Shown here one piece after another: positions 41,218 to 55,173 of a stretch of DNA of 64,000 nt; position 1 is the stretch's first letter; every line of letters starts with the position of its first letter. The position numbers were made by a program, and so were the translations under genes. A model generated the notes under the pieces. It had not been told where the DNA came from, did no database searches, and saw only the letters and a list, made by a program, of their open reading frames with translations. Source of the stretch: Macrostomum lignano (Eukaryota); assembly GCA_002269645.1 (NCBI GenBank), contig NIVC01000952.1:39059-103058 (forward strand), written 5' to 3'.

Positions 41218-44200
41218 TCAAGGCATGTACAGCCGCTCGCACTTCCTTTCAGCTGATGACGCAACGTCACCGGCGGGCCGGCAGCTGTCGGTCACCCAGT
41301 CGGCCGTGACAACGTGGATTCGGCGCCGCTGGTCCCGGCTGGCGGCCTCTCGAATCTGTCGCAGCCGGCTGGCGTCCTCGTCAGGCCGAACCACCGCGTG
41401 CGTCACCGACGGAGTCAACGAGGCGGCGAGGCGGCCGCCGGCCCGACGGACATCGGCGGCAAGTTCGCGCCAGCGGCCGTCCGGATCTCGGCGAGTTGTT
41501 GGATCGCCTGGTGGGGCGGGGAGAATTGAACTGCATTGCTCTACTACTGACAGTAGTAGCACTGGTTACCGATTCAGGCGTCTTTTGGGGAGGTCAGGAT
41601 CGGCTTGGGGCGATTCTTGAGGTGGTTTGATGGCGATTTTTGAGGTGATTTGAGAGCAATTTGGAGGTGCCTTGAGGGCGATTTTAAGGGCCGTTCACCA
41701 ATGAGGAGGCAGCAATCCAGATACACAGTGCAGCCGGCCAGCGGCAGTCCCACATCGTCCGGCAGCAGCTCGGTCGGCCATTCAGCCTCGACTTCGTCAT
41801 CGTCCGCATAGTCGTCGGCGGCAGCAGTTCCCGAAGTCGACTGGCCGCAGTGAGTTTTGTCCAGCAATTCTCCGAGAGCCTGCGGCGTCACCGGCTTCGT
41901 GTAGCTGTCGCCGAACTCGTCGTGGCTGCCGACCGCCGCCGACGCCGCGCGCTCCTCTTTGGCCAGAGTGGCCGGCCGGGCAAAGTGGACGAACTGGCGG
42001 GTGAGCGGCAGCAGGCGGCCGGCCTCCAGGCTGGCCAGCAGCCAGTCGGCGGTGGCCACATCGTGCCGGCCGCTGGCGATCAGGTTGCGCGCCCTGGCGT
42101 TCACCGAGTGCGCCACCACGCAGCGGGTGGCCCTGCCGGGATTCTGGACGACCCGGCCGCCGGCGGCCAGCACCCGGCGCTCCAGCTCGGCTTTGGGCGC
42201 CGCCTCCAGGCCGTTCAGCACCATCAGCTCGCAGCCGGTCAAGAAGCCGGCCGTATCGGCAGCGGCCGAGACACCGACAAACTGAGAGCCAACCTGGGGC
42301 CGGGCTGCCGCCGCCCTGGCTATCGGAGCCCGACGCTGTCGTTTCCGTCCTGGCGGCGACGTTGTGGATGACGCTGCCGCTCCATCTTCGTTGTCTTCGC
42401 AGTCGTTGTCGTCACGATTGCCGCCGACGGGCAGCACCGAGCGGGCCAGCTTGCCCTGACTGCGCAGCCGCAGGGCCGTCAGCTGGGCGACGCTGGTCGC
42501 CTGCCTGCAGGTTTTGTCTTCGCGAAAGCCGACAACGCGGGGGAAGCGCAGAGTGTAGCCTGTGGCGTAGGCGTCCGAGGCCACGATCTCGCTGGCCCGG
42601 ACCTGCAGTGCGGTCATGAGCAGTGAGCAATCTATGAGCAGTGATGAGCAATCTATGAGCAGTGATGAGCAATCTATGAGCAGTGATGAGCAATCTATGA
42701 GCAGTGATGAGCACTGTAATCTATGAGCAGTGATGAGCACTGCAATCTATGAGCAGTGATGAGCACTGCAATCTATGAGCAGTGATGAGCAATCTATGAG
42801 CAGTGATGAGCACTGCAATCTATGAGCAATGATGAGCACTGCAATCTATGAGCAGTGATGAGCACTGTAATCTATGAGCAGTGATGAGCACTGCAATCTA
42901 TGAGCAATGATGAGCACTGCAATCTATGAGCAGTGATGAGCACTGCAATCTATGAGCAATGATGAGCACTGCAATCTATGAGCAATGATGAGCACTGCAA
43001 TCTATGAGCAGTGATGAGCACTGTAATCTATGAGCAGTGATGAGCACTGCAATCTATGAGCAGTGATGAGCACTGCAATCTATGAGCAGTGATGAGCACT
43101 GCAATCTATGAGCAATGATGAGCACTGCAATCTATGAGCAATGATGAGCACTGCAATCTATGAGCAGTGATGAGCAATCTATGAGCAGTGATGAGCACTG
43201 CAATCTATGAGCAGTGATGAGCAATCTATGAGCAGTGATGAGCACTGCAATCTATGAGCAGTGATGAGCAATCTATGAGCAGTGATGAGCACTGCAATCT
43301 ATGAGCAGTGATGAGCAATCTATGAGCAGTGATGAGCAATCTATGAGCAGTGATGAGCAATCTATGAGCAGTGATGAGCACTGTAATCTATGAGCAGTGA
43401 TGAGCACTGCAATCTATGAGCAGTGATGAGCACTGCAATCTATGAGCAGTGATGAGCACTGCAATCTATGAGCAGTGATGAGCACTGCAATCTATGAGCA
43501 GTGATGAGCACTGCAATCTATGAGCAGTGATGAGCACTGCAATCTATGAGCAGTGATGAGCAATCTATGAGCAGTGATGAGCAATCTATGAGCAGTGATG
43601 AGCAATCTATGAGCAGTGATGAGCAATCTATGAGCAGTGATGAGCACTGTAATCTATGAGCAGTGATGAGCACTGCAATCTATGAGCAGTGATGAGCAAT
43701 CTATGAGCAGTGATGAGCACTGTAATCTATGAGCAGTGATGAGCACTGCAATCTATGAGCAGTGATGAGCACTGCAATCTATGAGCAGTGATGAGCACTG
43801 CAATCTATGAGCAGTGATGAGCACTGCAATCTATGAGCAGTGATGAGCACTGCAATCTATGAGCAGTGATGAGCACTGCAATCTATGAGCAGTGATGAGC
43901 ACTGCAATCTATGAGCAGTGATGAGCACTGCAATCTATGAGCAGTGATGAGCACTGCAATCTATGAGCAGTGATGAGCACTGCAATCTATGAGCAGTGAT
44001 GAGCACTGCAATCTATGAGCAGTGATGAGCACTGCAATCTATGAGCAGTGATGAGCAATCTATGAGCAGTGATGAGCACTGCAATCTATGAGCAGTGATG
44101 AGCAATCTATGAGCAGTGATGAGCAATCTATGAGCAGTGATGAGCAATCTATGAGCAGTGATGAGCAATCTATAAGCAGTGATGAGCAATCTATGAGCAG

Positions 44201-47200
44201 TGATGAGCAATCTATGAGCAGTGATGAGCAATCTATGAGCAGTGATGAGTAATCTATAAGCAGTGATGAGCAATCTATGAGCAGTGATGAGCAATCTATG
44301 AGCAGTGATGAGCACAGACAGCAATTAGCCGACCTGAACCACAAAGGAGTTGCTGGGATCAATCCACACGTCCGGCCGCTCCCGCTGCCCATCAGCCAGC
44401 CGGAAGGCCTCCGGCGGGCTGCGCTTATCGAACCGCTGCCAATGCTGAGCCATCTTCATGTTGTACTCGAACAGAGTCTGCTTGGAGTAGCCGCTGCCCA
44501 CCTTGCAGAAGCTCAGGTACTTCACGCTGGCACCGCCATCTCCATCATCGTCTTCGCCGCCACCCGCCGCGCCAACGTCGTCCTCGCCGACGTCGGGCAG
44601 GGCGCAGAGGAAGTGGCTGCACATGCCGGCCCGGTGGCCACTGCCGAAGTAGCCGCCAACGATGACGCAGTCGACATCGTCAACGAGGCCGCCGACGAAC
44701 TCCGGCTTGAGCTTGAACCAGCCGGCCTTGCGGCTCGCCACGCTGTACACCGAGTCAGCCAGCTTGGCCATCAGGCCTTCTTCGCGCGATTCAATTGCGG
44801 CATTGAATTTCTCCACAGCTTCGGCCTGTGTGGAGGCCAGGCTCCACTCGGAGATGAGCAGCCGGCCCGGCACCGGGGCCAGCACCTGTTGATGCAGCAC
44901 CGGCTCTCATTGTAGTGACGCCTGACACCCCACCCCCTGATGTCACTCGCCCTGACACCCCACCCCTGATGTCACTCGCCCCGACACCCCACCCCCTGAT
45001 GTCCTCGCTTGACACCCCACCCCCTGATGTCACTCGCCCTGACACCCCACCCCCTGATGTCACTCGCCCTGACACCCCACCCCCTGATGTCACTCGCCCT
45101 GACACCCCACCCCCTGATGTCACTCGCCCTGACACCCCACCCCCTGATGTCACTCACTCTGACACCCCACCCCCTGATGTGTCACTCGCTCTGACACCCC
45201 ACTCCCTGATGTCACTCACTCTGACACCCCAACCCCTGATGTCACTCGCTCTGACACCCCACTCCCTGATGTCACTCGCCCCGACACCCCACTCCCTGAT
45301 GTCACTCGCCCCGACAACTGAATCAGTCATCATTGTCACTCCCTCCGGCACCTGAATCAGTCATCATTGTCACTCCCTCCGGCACCTGAATCAGTCATCA
45401 TTGTCACTCCCTCCGGCACCTGAATCAGTCATCATTGTCACTCCCTCCGGCAACTGAATCAGTCATCATTTTCACTCCCTCCGGCAACTGAATCAGTCAT
45501 CATTTTCACTCCCTCCGGCAACTGAATCAGTCATCATTGTCACTCCCTCCCGCAACTGAATCAGTCATCATTGTCACTCCCTCCGGCAACTGAATCAGTC
45601 ATGATTGTCACTCCCCCGGCAACTGAATCAGTCATGATTGTCACTTATTCGGCAACTCAGTCATCTATTGTCACCCCGCAGTCCCCAGCCAGCTCACCAA
45701 CCTGATTATCAAGAATTCTTTTCCGCTCAACAAGCGGCCGGTCGGTGAGCACTCGGCCGTTGAGCAGGATGAGGTCGAACACCACAAAGCAGGGCACGTA
45801 GCCCCGCACGGACACTCTCTTAATATCGAAGTCCTGCGCCTTGGAGCCCATGGTGTTGGTCTCCAGGTTGAAGCCCATCATCTCGCCGTCAAGAATGCAG
45901 TTGTCAACGCCGGGCAGGAAGGCGGACGCCAGATGCGGAGTCAGGTTGCCCGGCCCGTCGGGAGCCGCTCCGTAGGTGGCCGTCCACTCCAGGCCGCTGC
46001 GCGACCAGTACCTGTAGCCGCTGCCCGACTTGTGCAGCTGCATTCGCTCGCCATCAAACTTCACTTCGAGCAGGAATGGCCGGCCGGCGAACAGTTCGCC
46101 CAGCTGCAGGACGCTCGCCGCCTCGCCCAGCATCGGCCGGAACGGCGTGTTCAGGGCGACGCCGATTTCGTGCAGACGGACGCCTGGATAGTGCAGGCTG
46201 GTGCACACCTGGGACAGGTGGAAGATGGTGATGATAATCCAATTCAAAATCTCACTGAGAGTCATGATAATCCAATTCAAAATCTCACTGGAGATCATGA
46301 TAATCCAATTCAAAATCTCACTGAAAGTCATGATAATCCAATTTAAAATCTCACTGAAAGTCATGATAATCCAATTCAAAATCTCACTGGAGATCATGAT
46401 AATCCAATTCAAAATCTCACTGGAGATCATGATAATCCAATTCAAAATCTCACTGAAAGTCATGATAATCCAATTCAAAATCTCACTGAGAATCATGATA
46501 TGATAATCCACCTCAAAATCTCACTGAAAGTCACGATAACCACCTCAAAATCTTACTGGAGATCATGATAATCCGCTTCAAAATCTCACTGAGAGTCATG
46601 ATAATCCACCTCAAAATCTCGCTGAAAGTCATGATAATCCGCTTCAAAATCTCACTGAGAGTCATGATAATCCAATTTAAAATCTCACTGAGAGTCATGA
46701 TAATCCAATTCAAAATCTCACTGAGAGTCATGATAATCCAATTTAAAGTCTCACTGAAAGTCATGATAATTCAATTCAAAATCTCACTGGAGATCATGAT
46801 AATCCAATTCAAAATCTCACTGGAGATCATGATAATCCAATTCAAAATCTCACTGAAAGTCATGATAATCCGCTTCAAAATCTCACTGAGAATCATGATA
46901 TGATAATCCACCTCAAAATCTCACTGAAAGTCACGATAATCCACCTCAAAATCTCACTGGAGATCATGATAATCCGCTTCAAAATCTCACTGAGAGTCAT
47001 GATAATCCACCTCAAAATCTCGCTGAAAGTCATGATAATCCACCTCAAAATCTCACTGGAGATCATGATAATCCGATTCAAAATCTCACTGAGAATCATG
47101 ATAATCCACCTCAAAATCTCGCTGAAAGTCATGATAATCCGCTTCAAAATCTCACTGAGAATCATGATAATCCACCTCAAAATCTCGCTGAAAGTCATGA

Positions 47201-48985
47201 TAATCCGCTTCAAAATCTCACTGAGAGTCATGATAATCAACCTCAAAATCTCGCTGAAAGTCATGATAATCCGCTTCAAAATCTCACTGAGAGTCATGAT
47301 AATCCAATTCAAAATCTCACTGGAGATAATGATAATCTATTCAAAACCTAAAAACTTGAGTCAGGATAATCCGTTTCAAAATCCCAGGTTCCTATGATAA
47401 ACATGCGGCGCACCTTCTCCAGACTCTGTGTGACATCGTACAGTGCCTCGGCATCGGGGTGGAAGGCGGACAGCACCGTCTTCTCGCTGACGCCAGCCCG
47501 AATGTCGCGCAGCACAATGCGGATGAGCCACTTCTGCTCCAGCGCGGTGGTCTGCTTGATCAGCGCGAACAGCTGGCGCTTCACTTCGTCTCGTTTGTTG
47601 GCCGCATTTGCCGCGCTCATTGCGGTCAGGTGATTGTTCACCTGCGGGCGGGGCGGCTCTGCTGCATGCTCTGCGTGTAAGCACACGCGCCAGCCATGAG
47701 CCATCTAATCTAGATGCCTATCCTACAACTCCTAATGTCTACCCCCCTAACTCTCAATGTCTACCCTCCAACTCCTAATGTCTACCCCCCAACTCTCAAT
47801 GTCTACCCTCCAACTCCTAATGTCTACCCTCCAACTCCTAATGTCTACCCTCCAACTCCTAATGTCTACCCTCCAACTCCTAATGTCTACCCCCCAACTC
47901 TCAATGTCTACCCTCCAACTCCTAATGTCTACCCTCCAACTCCTAATGTCTACCCTCCAACTCCTAATGTCTACCCTCCAACTCCTAATGTCTACCCTCC
48001 AACTCCTAATGTCTACCCCCCAACTCTCAATGTCTACCCTCCAACTCCTAATGTCTACCCCCCAACTCCTAATGTCTACCCCCCCCAACTCTCAATGTCT
48101 ACCCTCCACCTCTCAATGTCTACCCTCCACCTCTCAATGTCTACCCTCCAACTCTAAATGTCTACCCTCCAATTCTCAATATCCACCCTCCAACTCTGAA
48201 TGTCTACCCTCCAATTCTCAATATCCAGCCTCCAACTCTGAATGTCTACCCTCCAATTCTCAATGTCCACCCTCCAACTCTTACTGTCTACCCTCCAACT
48301 CCTAATGTTTAACGTCCAACTCTTAATGTCTATCCTTCAAATCTCATTTCTATCCTTCAAATCTCATTTCTATCCTTAAATCTCAATGTCTAGCCATCAA
48401 ATCCTTGTCTACCACCCAACCAAACGTAAGAACAGCCAGTCTCCGGCCAGATGCAGCTCTCACCTGCTGCACAGTCAGCGCGCCCTGCCGCGGGCACCGG
48501 TGCTGCAATATGAAATAAGCGGTAGCCGCGAAATCCCCAGTGGTGGCGGCCGACTGTCCGGGATTTTTATAATTCAGCAGCTTCTTCGCCTCCGGACTGT
48601 CCCGGCCGAGGCAGAGAATCTCTATGTAGATCTTGGCCAGCATGAACTCCTTGATGCCGTAGGCTGGCCGGGCGCGGTCGCTCAATGGCAACAGCAGACG
48701 CATGGCTGGATAAAATGAGTCTTGCTGCTGCTGTTGCGACTGTGTCTGCTGCTGGGGCTGCTGGGGCAGCGGCTCTGGACCGTGCAGCTCAGTGTGCAGC
48801 TGTCTCCAGGTAGCCATGAACTCCTTGATTGGCCCGAGCTTCTCCTTGTGCCCACGGAGCCGGCTGACCCGTTCGAGCAGGCCCGCCAGCTGGTTGAAGG
48901 GCACTCGGGAGGCCACGGTTGGCGAGCCGGCCGAGGCCTCAGCTGACTGCGAGTTGCCGCTGCCTGCCGCCGACATGGCCGCCAT
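41218..48985 (-). CDS. LIG4: DNA ligase IV, 1000 aa, with two BRCT domains
   Basis: Exons 48985-48464, 47641-47414, 46208-45702, 44885-44334, 42602-41699, 41507-41218, all in phase. Motifs RPAYGIKE..LAK.YI, EVKFDGERMQLHK (adenylation Lys), ILDGEMM, FVVFDLI, REEGLMAK, WFKLKPEF, TLRFPR, BRCT GGRVVQNP and VVTADWVTDS. Confidence 0.95.
42615..44315. repeat. Mixed 21/26-bp minisatellite AATCTATGAGCAGTGATGAGC(ACTGC) filling LIG4 intron 4
   Basis: Covers ~1.70 of the 1.73-kb intron. Confidence 0.95.
44920..45680. repeat. 30-bp and 34-bp minisatellites in LIG4 intron 3
   Basis: GACACCCCACCCCCTGATGTCACTCGCCCT then CTGAATCAGTCATCATTGTCACTCCCTCCGGCA. Confidence 0.9.
46228..47345. repeat. 33-bp minisatellite in LIG4 intron 2
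   Basis: GTCATGATAATCCAATTCAAAATCTCACTGAGA units. Confidence 0.95.
47715..48390. repeat. 21-bp minisatellite AATGTCTACCCTCCAACTCCT in LIG4 intron 1
   Basis: Tandem units. Confidence 0.9.
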
Positions 48986-49009
48986 TCAACTGGAGAAGAA
49001 GACGAAAGA

Positions 49010-50350
49010 CCTTTGCCTCACCGACCAATCAGAGAGTAGCTAACCTTTGCCTCACCGACCAATCAGAGTCGCTAACCTTTGCCTGACCGACCAATAAGAG
49101 GGTCGCTAACCTTTGCCTCACCGACCAATCAGAGAGTAGCTAACCTTTGCCTCACCGACCAATCAGAGTCGCTAACCTTTGCCTCACCGACCAATAAGAG
49201 GGTCGCTAACCTTTGCCTCACCGACCAATCAGAGAGTCGCTAACCTTTGCCTCACCGACCAATCAGAGAGTCGCTAACCTTTGCCTCACCGACCAATTAG
49301 AGAGTTGCTAACCTTTGCCTCACCGACCAATCAGAGAGTCGCTAACCTTTGCCTCACCGACCAATCAGAGGGTCGCTAACCTTTGCCTTACCGACCAATC
49401 AGAGGGTCGCTAACCTTTGCCTCACCGACCAATCAGAGAGTCGCTAACCTTTCCCTCACCGACTAATCAGAAAAGTCGCTAACCTTTGCCTCACCGACCA
49501 ATCAGAGAGTAGCTAACCTTTGCCTCACCGACCAATCAGAGAGTCGCTAACCTTTGCCTCACCGACCAATCAGAGAGCCGCTAACCTTTGCCTCACCGAC
49601 CAATCAGAGGGTCGCTAACCTTTGCCTCACCGACCAATCAGAGAGTAGCTAACCTTTGCCTTACCGACCAATCAGAGGGTCGCTAACCTTTGCCTCACCG
49701 ACCAATCAGAGAGTCGCTAACCTTTGCCTCACCGACTAATCAGAAAGTCGCTAACCATTGCCTCACCGACTAATCAGAAAGTCGCTAACCTTTGCCTCAC
49801 CGACTAATCAGAAAGTCGCTAACCTTTGCCTCACCGACCAATCAGAGGGTCGCTAACCTTTGCCTCACCGACCAATCAGAGAGTAGCTAACCTTTGCCTT
49901 ACCGACCAATCAGAGGGTCGCTAACCTTTGCCTCACCGACCAATCAGAGAGTCGCTAACCTTTGCCTCACCGACTAATCAGAAAAGTCGCTAACCTTTGC
50001 CTCACCGACTAATCCGAAAGTCGCTAACCTTTGCCTCACCGACTAATCAGAAAGTCGCTAACCTTTGCCTCACCGACTAATCGGAAAGTCGCTAACCTTT
50101 GCCTCACCGACCTGACAGCCACAGAGTGCATGAAGGTTTCTCTCTGACCAGCCACAGAGTGCATGAAGGTTTCTACCTGACCAGCCACAGAGTGCATGAA
50201 GGTTTCTACCTGACCAGCCACAGAGTGCATGAAGGTTTCTACCTGACCAGCCACAGAGTGCATGAAGGTTTCTCTCTGACCAACCACAGAGTGCATGAAG
50301 GTTTCTCTCTGACCAGCCACAGAGTGCTTAAAGGTTTCTACCTGACCAAC
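49010..50350. repeat. 32-34-bp CCAAT-containing minisatellite (49010-50110) and 33-bp minisatellite (50110-50350) between RPS12 and LIG4
   Basis: CTAACCTTTGCCTCACCGACCAATCAGAGAGTCG about 32 times; CCTGACCAGCCACAGAGTGCATGAAGGTTTCTA about 7 times. Confidence 0.95.
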
Positions 50351-50764
50351 CAAAGTCCCTGAAATTTTCGTCCTTAAACAATCAGTGAGATGTGGTGTTC
50401 TCCCTGACTAATCACAAAACAGTTAACACAACTCAACTCAATGATAAACACTGTTTGGAAACTCAAATTGAAATTAGAACACAAGTCAAACAGACAGAAT
50501 TTCCAGTCCAATAAATGCGATCCACATCTAACAGTATGGTCGCCACTCAATCCTTTTTTATTTGCGATTCATTTTCAATAAAGAGTTGATTTTTTCTTAA
50601 CATTCAATGGAATAAACCAATAACAGCTGGCAGCATCTTGAAGCGAATGGATGGAGCAACCTGACAAAGGAACGCTGGCGAAAACAGGTCACTGCTAAGC
50701 CGGCCAAACACAATGTCACTAACAAGACAAACAATATCCGTCAGGCCATCGCAATCAAAAAAGT

Positions 50765-51688
50765 TTATTCAGCACCCGCCTTCAAGAGAAAGTCCAGAGC
50801 CTGCGAGGCCTGGGAGGAGCCCAGATCCTGCAATGTAGAAAAATAGTTATAAGATGCAATGCGTGCTACCTAAAAACCAAATATAAAAGTAGTTTTTAAG
50901 AATAACAGGAGAAAAATTAAGAGCGTACACGAGAAAAGTGATGAACGAAAAACGTTTGAAAATAAATAAGAGGCATGCAATGTCTACTAATGAGTCACGA
51001 GGGCCAGGTCTGCACTTTTGGTAAAGTCAAAGCTAACCTAATTTCCAATTAGATGGTATTTTTATACTACGGGTATATTAATATGCGCAGTTGTATATGT
51101 AATTGTATGTAATATTATATGTAATAATTGATTACACCTGCCCCAATGCCAGATGTGCAACCGACAGCTCAGCCGCAGCTATTGCGCGGCGTAAAAACCC
51201 CTCCTTGTTTGTATTGTGGGATGTGTAAGATGCATTTGGGTGATACCTAATTTACACACTACTTTCCATAATGCGATAAGTAGCAATATTGGAGTATTCA
51301 AATGGATTTTTTTGAACTCTCACAAAATAAGTTTAACAGCGCTCACCCGAACGACAACGCAGGAGCACTTGACGACCTTGCGCGGCTTGCCCTCCTTGTC
51401 AATCTTGCACAGGCCGGCCCACTCGCCCAGCTGCTTGGCCTGATCCACCTTCACCAGGCGGATGCCGTGCTCGGTGCACAGCGCCTCGACCAGCTTGCTG
51501 TAGTTGGCCTCGTCACAGTCGCTGGCCAGAATGCACAGGTGAGCGGCTCGCTTCTCCAAGGCTTTGGTGGCCTCGTGCAGGCCCTTGGCCAGGCCGTCGT
51601 GCGCCATGGACGTCTTGAGCACCTCCTGGACAGCTGTCTCAATGGTCATGGGGCCGCCGGCGGCAACATCTCCTTCCGTGTCGCTCAT
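50765..51688 (-). CDS. RPS12: 40S ribosomal protein S12 (eS12), 134 aa
   Basis: Exon 51688-51347 ([49 protein letters not shown]...[27 protein letters not shown]) plus exon 50827-50765 ([20 protein letters not shown]). Confidence 0.97.
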
Positions 51689-52956
51689 AGTGCTGGTGAA
51701 TGCGAAATTAAATGTTCACAACACGGACGTCCTCCTGCGGGCGCGCGGGAGACAAGACAACAAAATTTGAGCTTGACGTTTTGGTTTTGTTAAAGAAACC
51801 CAGCTGAGAGCAACTCTGATATTAGTTATATCTTTTTATAAAATAACTTATTAATGCTAGGCTTAGGTATATCTATAGCTCCATGCAGTGTATTAATACA
51901 AAGAACACAAATTACACACTAAAATCGAACCAACTTATAATATAATAACAGTAAATGATTTTTATAACAATATAAATGAGCCATAAAATCAGCATGGCCA
52001 CATAATAAGTCTATGAAAATATATCTATTTATTAGTCTTATGGATAAAACTGATATAAATATTATGGGAAAAAATACTGCTTGCACTAATTGACTAATTC
52101 TAAATTAAAAAATGTTGTACTATATACTCATACTCATCTATAGCATTAATCTGTATATATCATCTAATTTATGAAATGCAAATGTTTAAAACTATAGTTG
52201 CAATGCTAATACAATATAGCATTAGTATCAATAAAGAAATTGTGGATTTAAAAGAAGCAAAGAAAGAAGCAGAGTCTATAGAAGCCTCTATGGATAAAAT
52301 AGTTCCAAATATGTCTCATTTTACTTAGTAGCAGATATAACTAAATATATTGATATCCATGTTTCCTAATAGAAAAAAAGGCAGTTCATGTTATTAAGTC
52401 TCCTAAGTAGCCCTATTAGTAGGGATAGGAGAAGGGTTTTAAAGAGAAAGGATACAATTTTATGCAAAAACTTTAGATTTGATAGCTTCTCAATAAGTAC
52501 AAATATTTTTAGGTTGCCTATAGACTAGTCTGACTCGCCTATTAGCACTTTCTAACACTTGCAATTGATGGGCTTAAAAAATAACCCACCTATACTCTGT
52601 ATGCCCACTTGCAAAGTTGCTAGCAAATAAATAGTTTTAGAAGAAAAAGATGTTTTGTCTACTTAGCAAACAAACTATAAGCAGACAAATGAAATTATTA
52701 ATCTTTAACAAATTAAATATAGAATACAAAGGCTACAATATTATATTTTTTGTCCTCATGATAAGTGTAACTTAGCTTCATAGCAAAAATTTACAAGTCC
52801 TATTATGAACATTTCTGATTTGCAAAAAAAAGTTTCTCTTAAGAAGACAAAAAACCATCATCAAGTTCTGGGTGCACATCAAAATGGCCATATGCAAAAT
52901 GGCCTCACAATGGAATGGCCACACTATCAAAACAGCCACATGTCAAAATGGCTACA

Positions 52957-53744
52957 GGGCAATTCCATATAATTATGGTCGTAACATGACAGGCTATTTT
53001 TACTTATAAAATGAAATCTAATAATAGAATACACTAAACCAATATTTTAAATGAAAGATTTTTTTGTCAAGAATATTTTTATAGAGTTTCATGTAGATAT
53101 CATCATTAATATAGATGCTATTAAACCTTGAATGGCACTTCTGGTCGTAACGACAGGATTTTTGACAGATAGAAACTAAAAGGTAAAAGTCTTATAACAT
53201 TTTTCATTTTTGATATTTTGCAATAAATTTTTTAAAATTTGACTAAGAACATCTTTAGAAATCATACTCTTTTTGTAGAATATATAAACTCAAAAAGGCA
53301 ACAAAGATACAAAAGAAAAGGCAGCCTTATGGTCGTAACATTCTGGTCGTAACATATTTTGTTCTGTCAATTCAGTAACTTAGAGGTACCAATATATTAA
53401 AAATATAATTGATTTTTTGTTCATCAATACTTTTATCTGATGATGCAAGTACTATACTTTTATCTATAGTTTGTTTCAACCTTCCAAAGCTTTCTATTTG
53501 TTTTTAAAAGGTTCACAAACTTAATGATGTCTTTTGCTTAAAAAACTGTCCAAATTTTTACAAAAATTACTTTTTGCCACTTGATAACATACTAATCTAA
53601 CATTTTATCATTCATTTATTCTTAGATTGTAGATGTTACACATAAAAAACATTTGGTAAAAAAATTGGCTAATCAGGCAGTGGCAAGCAAAAATATTGAC
53701 TTTTTTCTAATTTCCAAATATGTCCATCTTATATGGAATGAGCC
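52957..53744. mobile_element. 788-bp non-autonomous element with 4-bp TSD (Sola2-like, tentative)
   Basis: TSD TACA (52953-56 / 53745-48); ends GGGCAATTCCATATAA / TTATATGGAATGAGCC; removing it restores the host left arm. Confidence 0.7.
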
Positions 53745-54429
53745 TACATATAACAAATTTTTATAAGTTGCGTATGTGTGTGAGTTAGTTTAGTTGAGTT
53801 GAGTTAGTTTAATGTTAGTTTATTTTGCTATACAATATGCAAATCACAATATACTAAATCTCTAATATGTTTCTAAAGTTATTTAATTAAGTCTTTATGC
53901 TAATATATCAAGTTATTTGAGTTATTAGATACTTGCTTACAGTCCAATGTTTATAGACTGTAAGAAATTGCAGATCGGATTTGAAATTCAACTTGATAAG
54001 AAACGCATAGGACAATTTTGAATAAGTATGTGAACAAATGTACATGTATTTAAATGAATATAGCCACAAAGTAAAATAAAATTAGTAAAATTTCAATTAG
54101 TAAAATTAGGTTGATATCCTAATTTCAAATGTCCGCAACCTCCTGCTTGAGCAGCTGCCACTGCTTGGGGCTCTCAAATTCAGCATAGTTGTGAGCAGAC
54201 AAGGTGGCAAAAGAGCAAATATTTAAATATATTTGGACATATATAAATATATTTGCATATTGTATGACAAAATAAACTAACGTTGTGTCATACCTTATAA
54301 AAATTTGTTATGTGTGGTTGTTTTGATGGTGTGGCCATCCAAATTTGGTATATGTGGCCATTTTGACATGTGGCCATTTTGATAGTGTGGCCGTTCTGTT
54401 GTGAGGCCATTTTGCATATATGGCTATTT

Positions 54430-55173
54430 GGCAATCTTCAAGTTTCGTTCGTTAAATTATTTTTTCAATGATTTCTGAACTATATTGCTCTGAGATGATT
54501 ATTTTCGAGCTCTCCAGTGTACCCAGCCCTTTCCTAGCTGAGAAAGTAGCAGCTTTGTTAATATTAACCTCTAAGGTACCGTAAAGCCGTTGGTAGGCAA
54601 AGGAATGTCTATGGCCCATATTACGGTAATGTAATAATGATGTGGCTTTCACTGACATGGCATTTTAGCAAAGAACGTTTATGGGGAATAAAGATGCTAC
54701 TGTACGCAGCTTTAGGAGTGGCATGGAGTAATATCCATTAATAGACAAGCAGCTAATACACTATAAGACTAATACACTATGGCATATGGCGCGAGTTCAT
54801 ATGGCGCCGTCTGCACCCTGTCAATCCATTTGGGAACATCTTATACTAGATTGCACATTACTATAATGTCTAAGCATTGAGTTCTATGTGCTAAACTGTT
54901 GCTACTGAACTGGACTGCTACTACTGCCCCTGTTGTACCCCACTTTGTTACTATTTCTGTCTGTTTGTACTCAGCGTTACATGTTAGCTTTGCTTGTTTG
55001 CATCTTATATTTCCAGCTTTATGGTACCTTAGAGGTTAATATTAACAAAGCTGCTACTTTCTCAGCTAGGAAAGGGCTGGGTACACTGGAGAGCTCGAAA
55101 ATAATCATCTCAGAGCAAGATAGTTCAGAAATCATTGAAAAAATAATTTAACGAACGAAACTTGAAGATTGCC
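54430..55173. mobile_element. 744-bp MITE with ~170-bp TIRs and 8-bp TSD (Merlin-like termini GGCAA, tentative)
   Basis: GGCAATCTTCAAGTTTCGTTCG...GGTACC near-perfectly inverted; TSD GGCTATTT at 54422-29 and 55174-81. Confidence 0.85.

Noticed and set aside
45691-45702. Stronger-looking GTGAGC donor 4 nt downstream of LIG4 exon 3
   Set aside because: It shifts the frame relative to exon 4; the GTTGGT donor at 45701 restores DNQ|VLAPVPGR.
51135-51245. GC-richer stem (CCCCAATGC...GCATTTGGG) in the RPS12 intron, a possible intronic snoRNA
   Set aside because: I could not place C/D boxes or a two-hairpin H/ACA layout; needs an Infernal/Rfam search.
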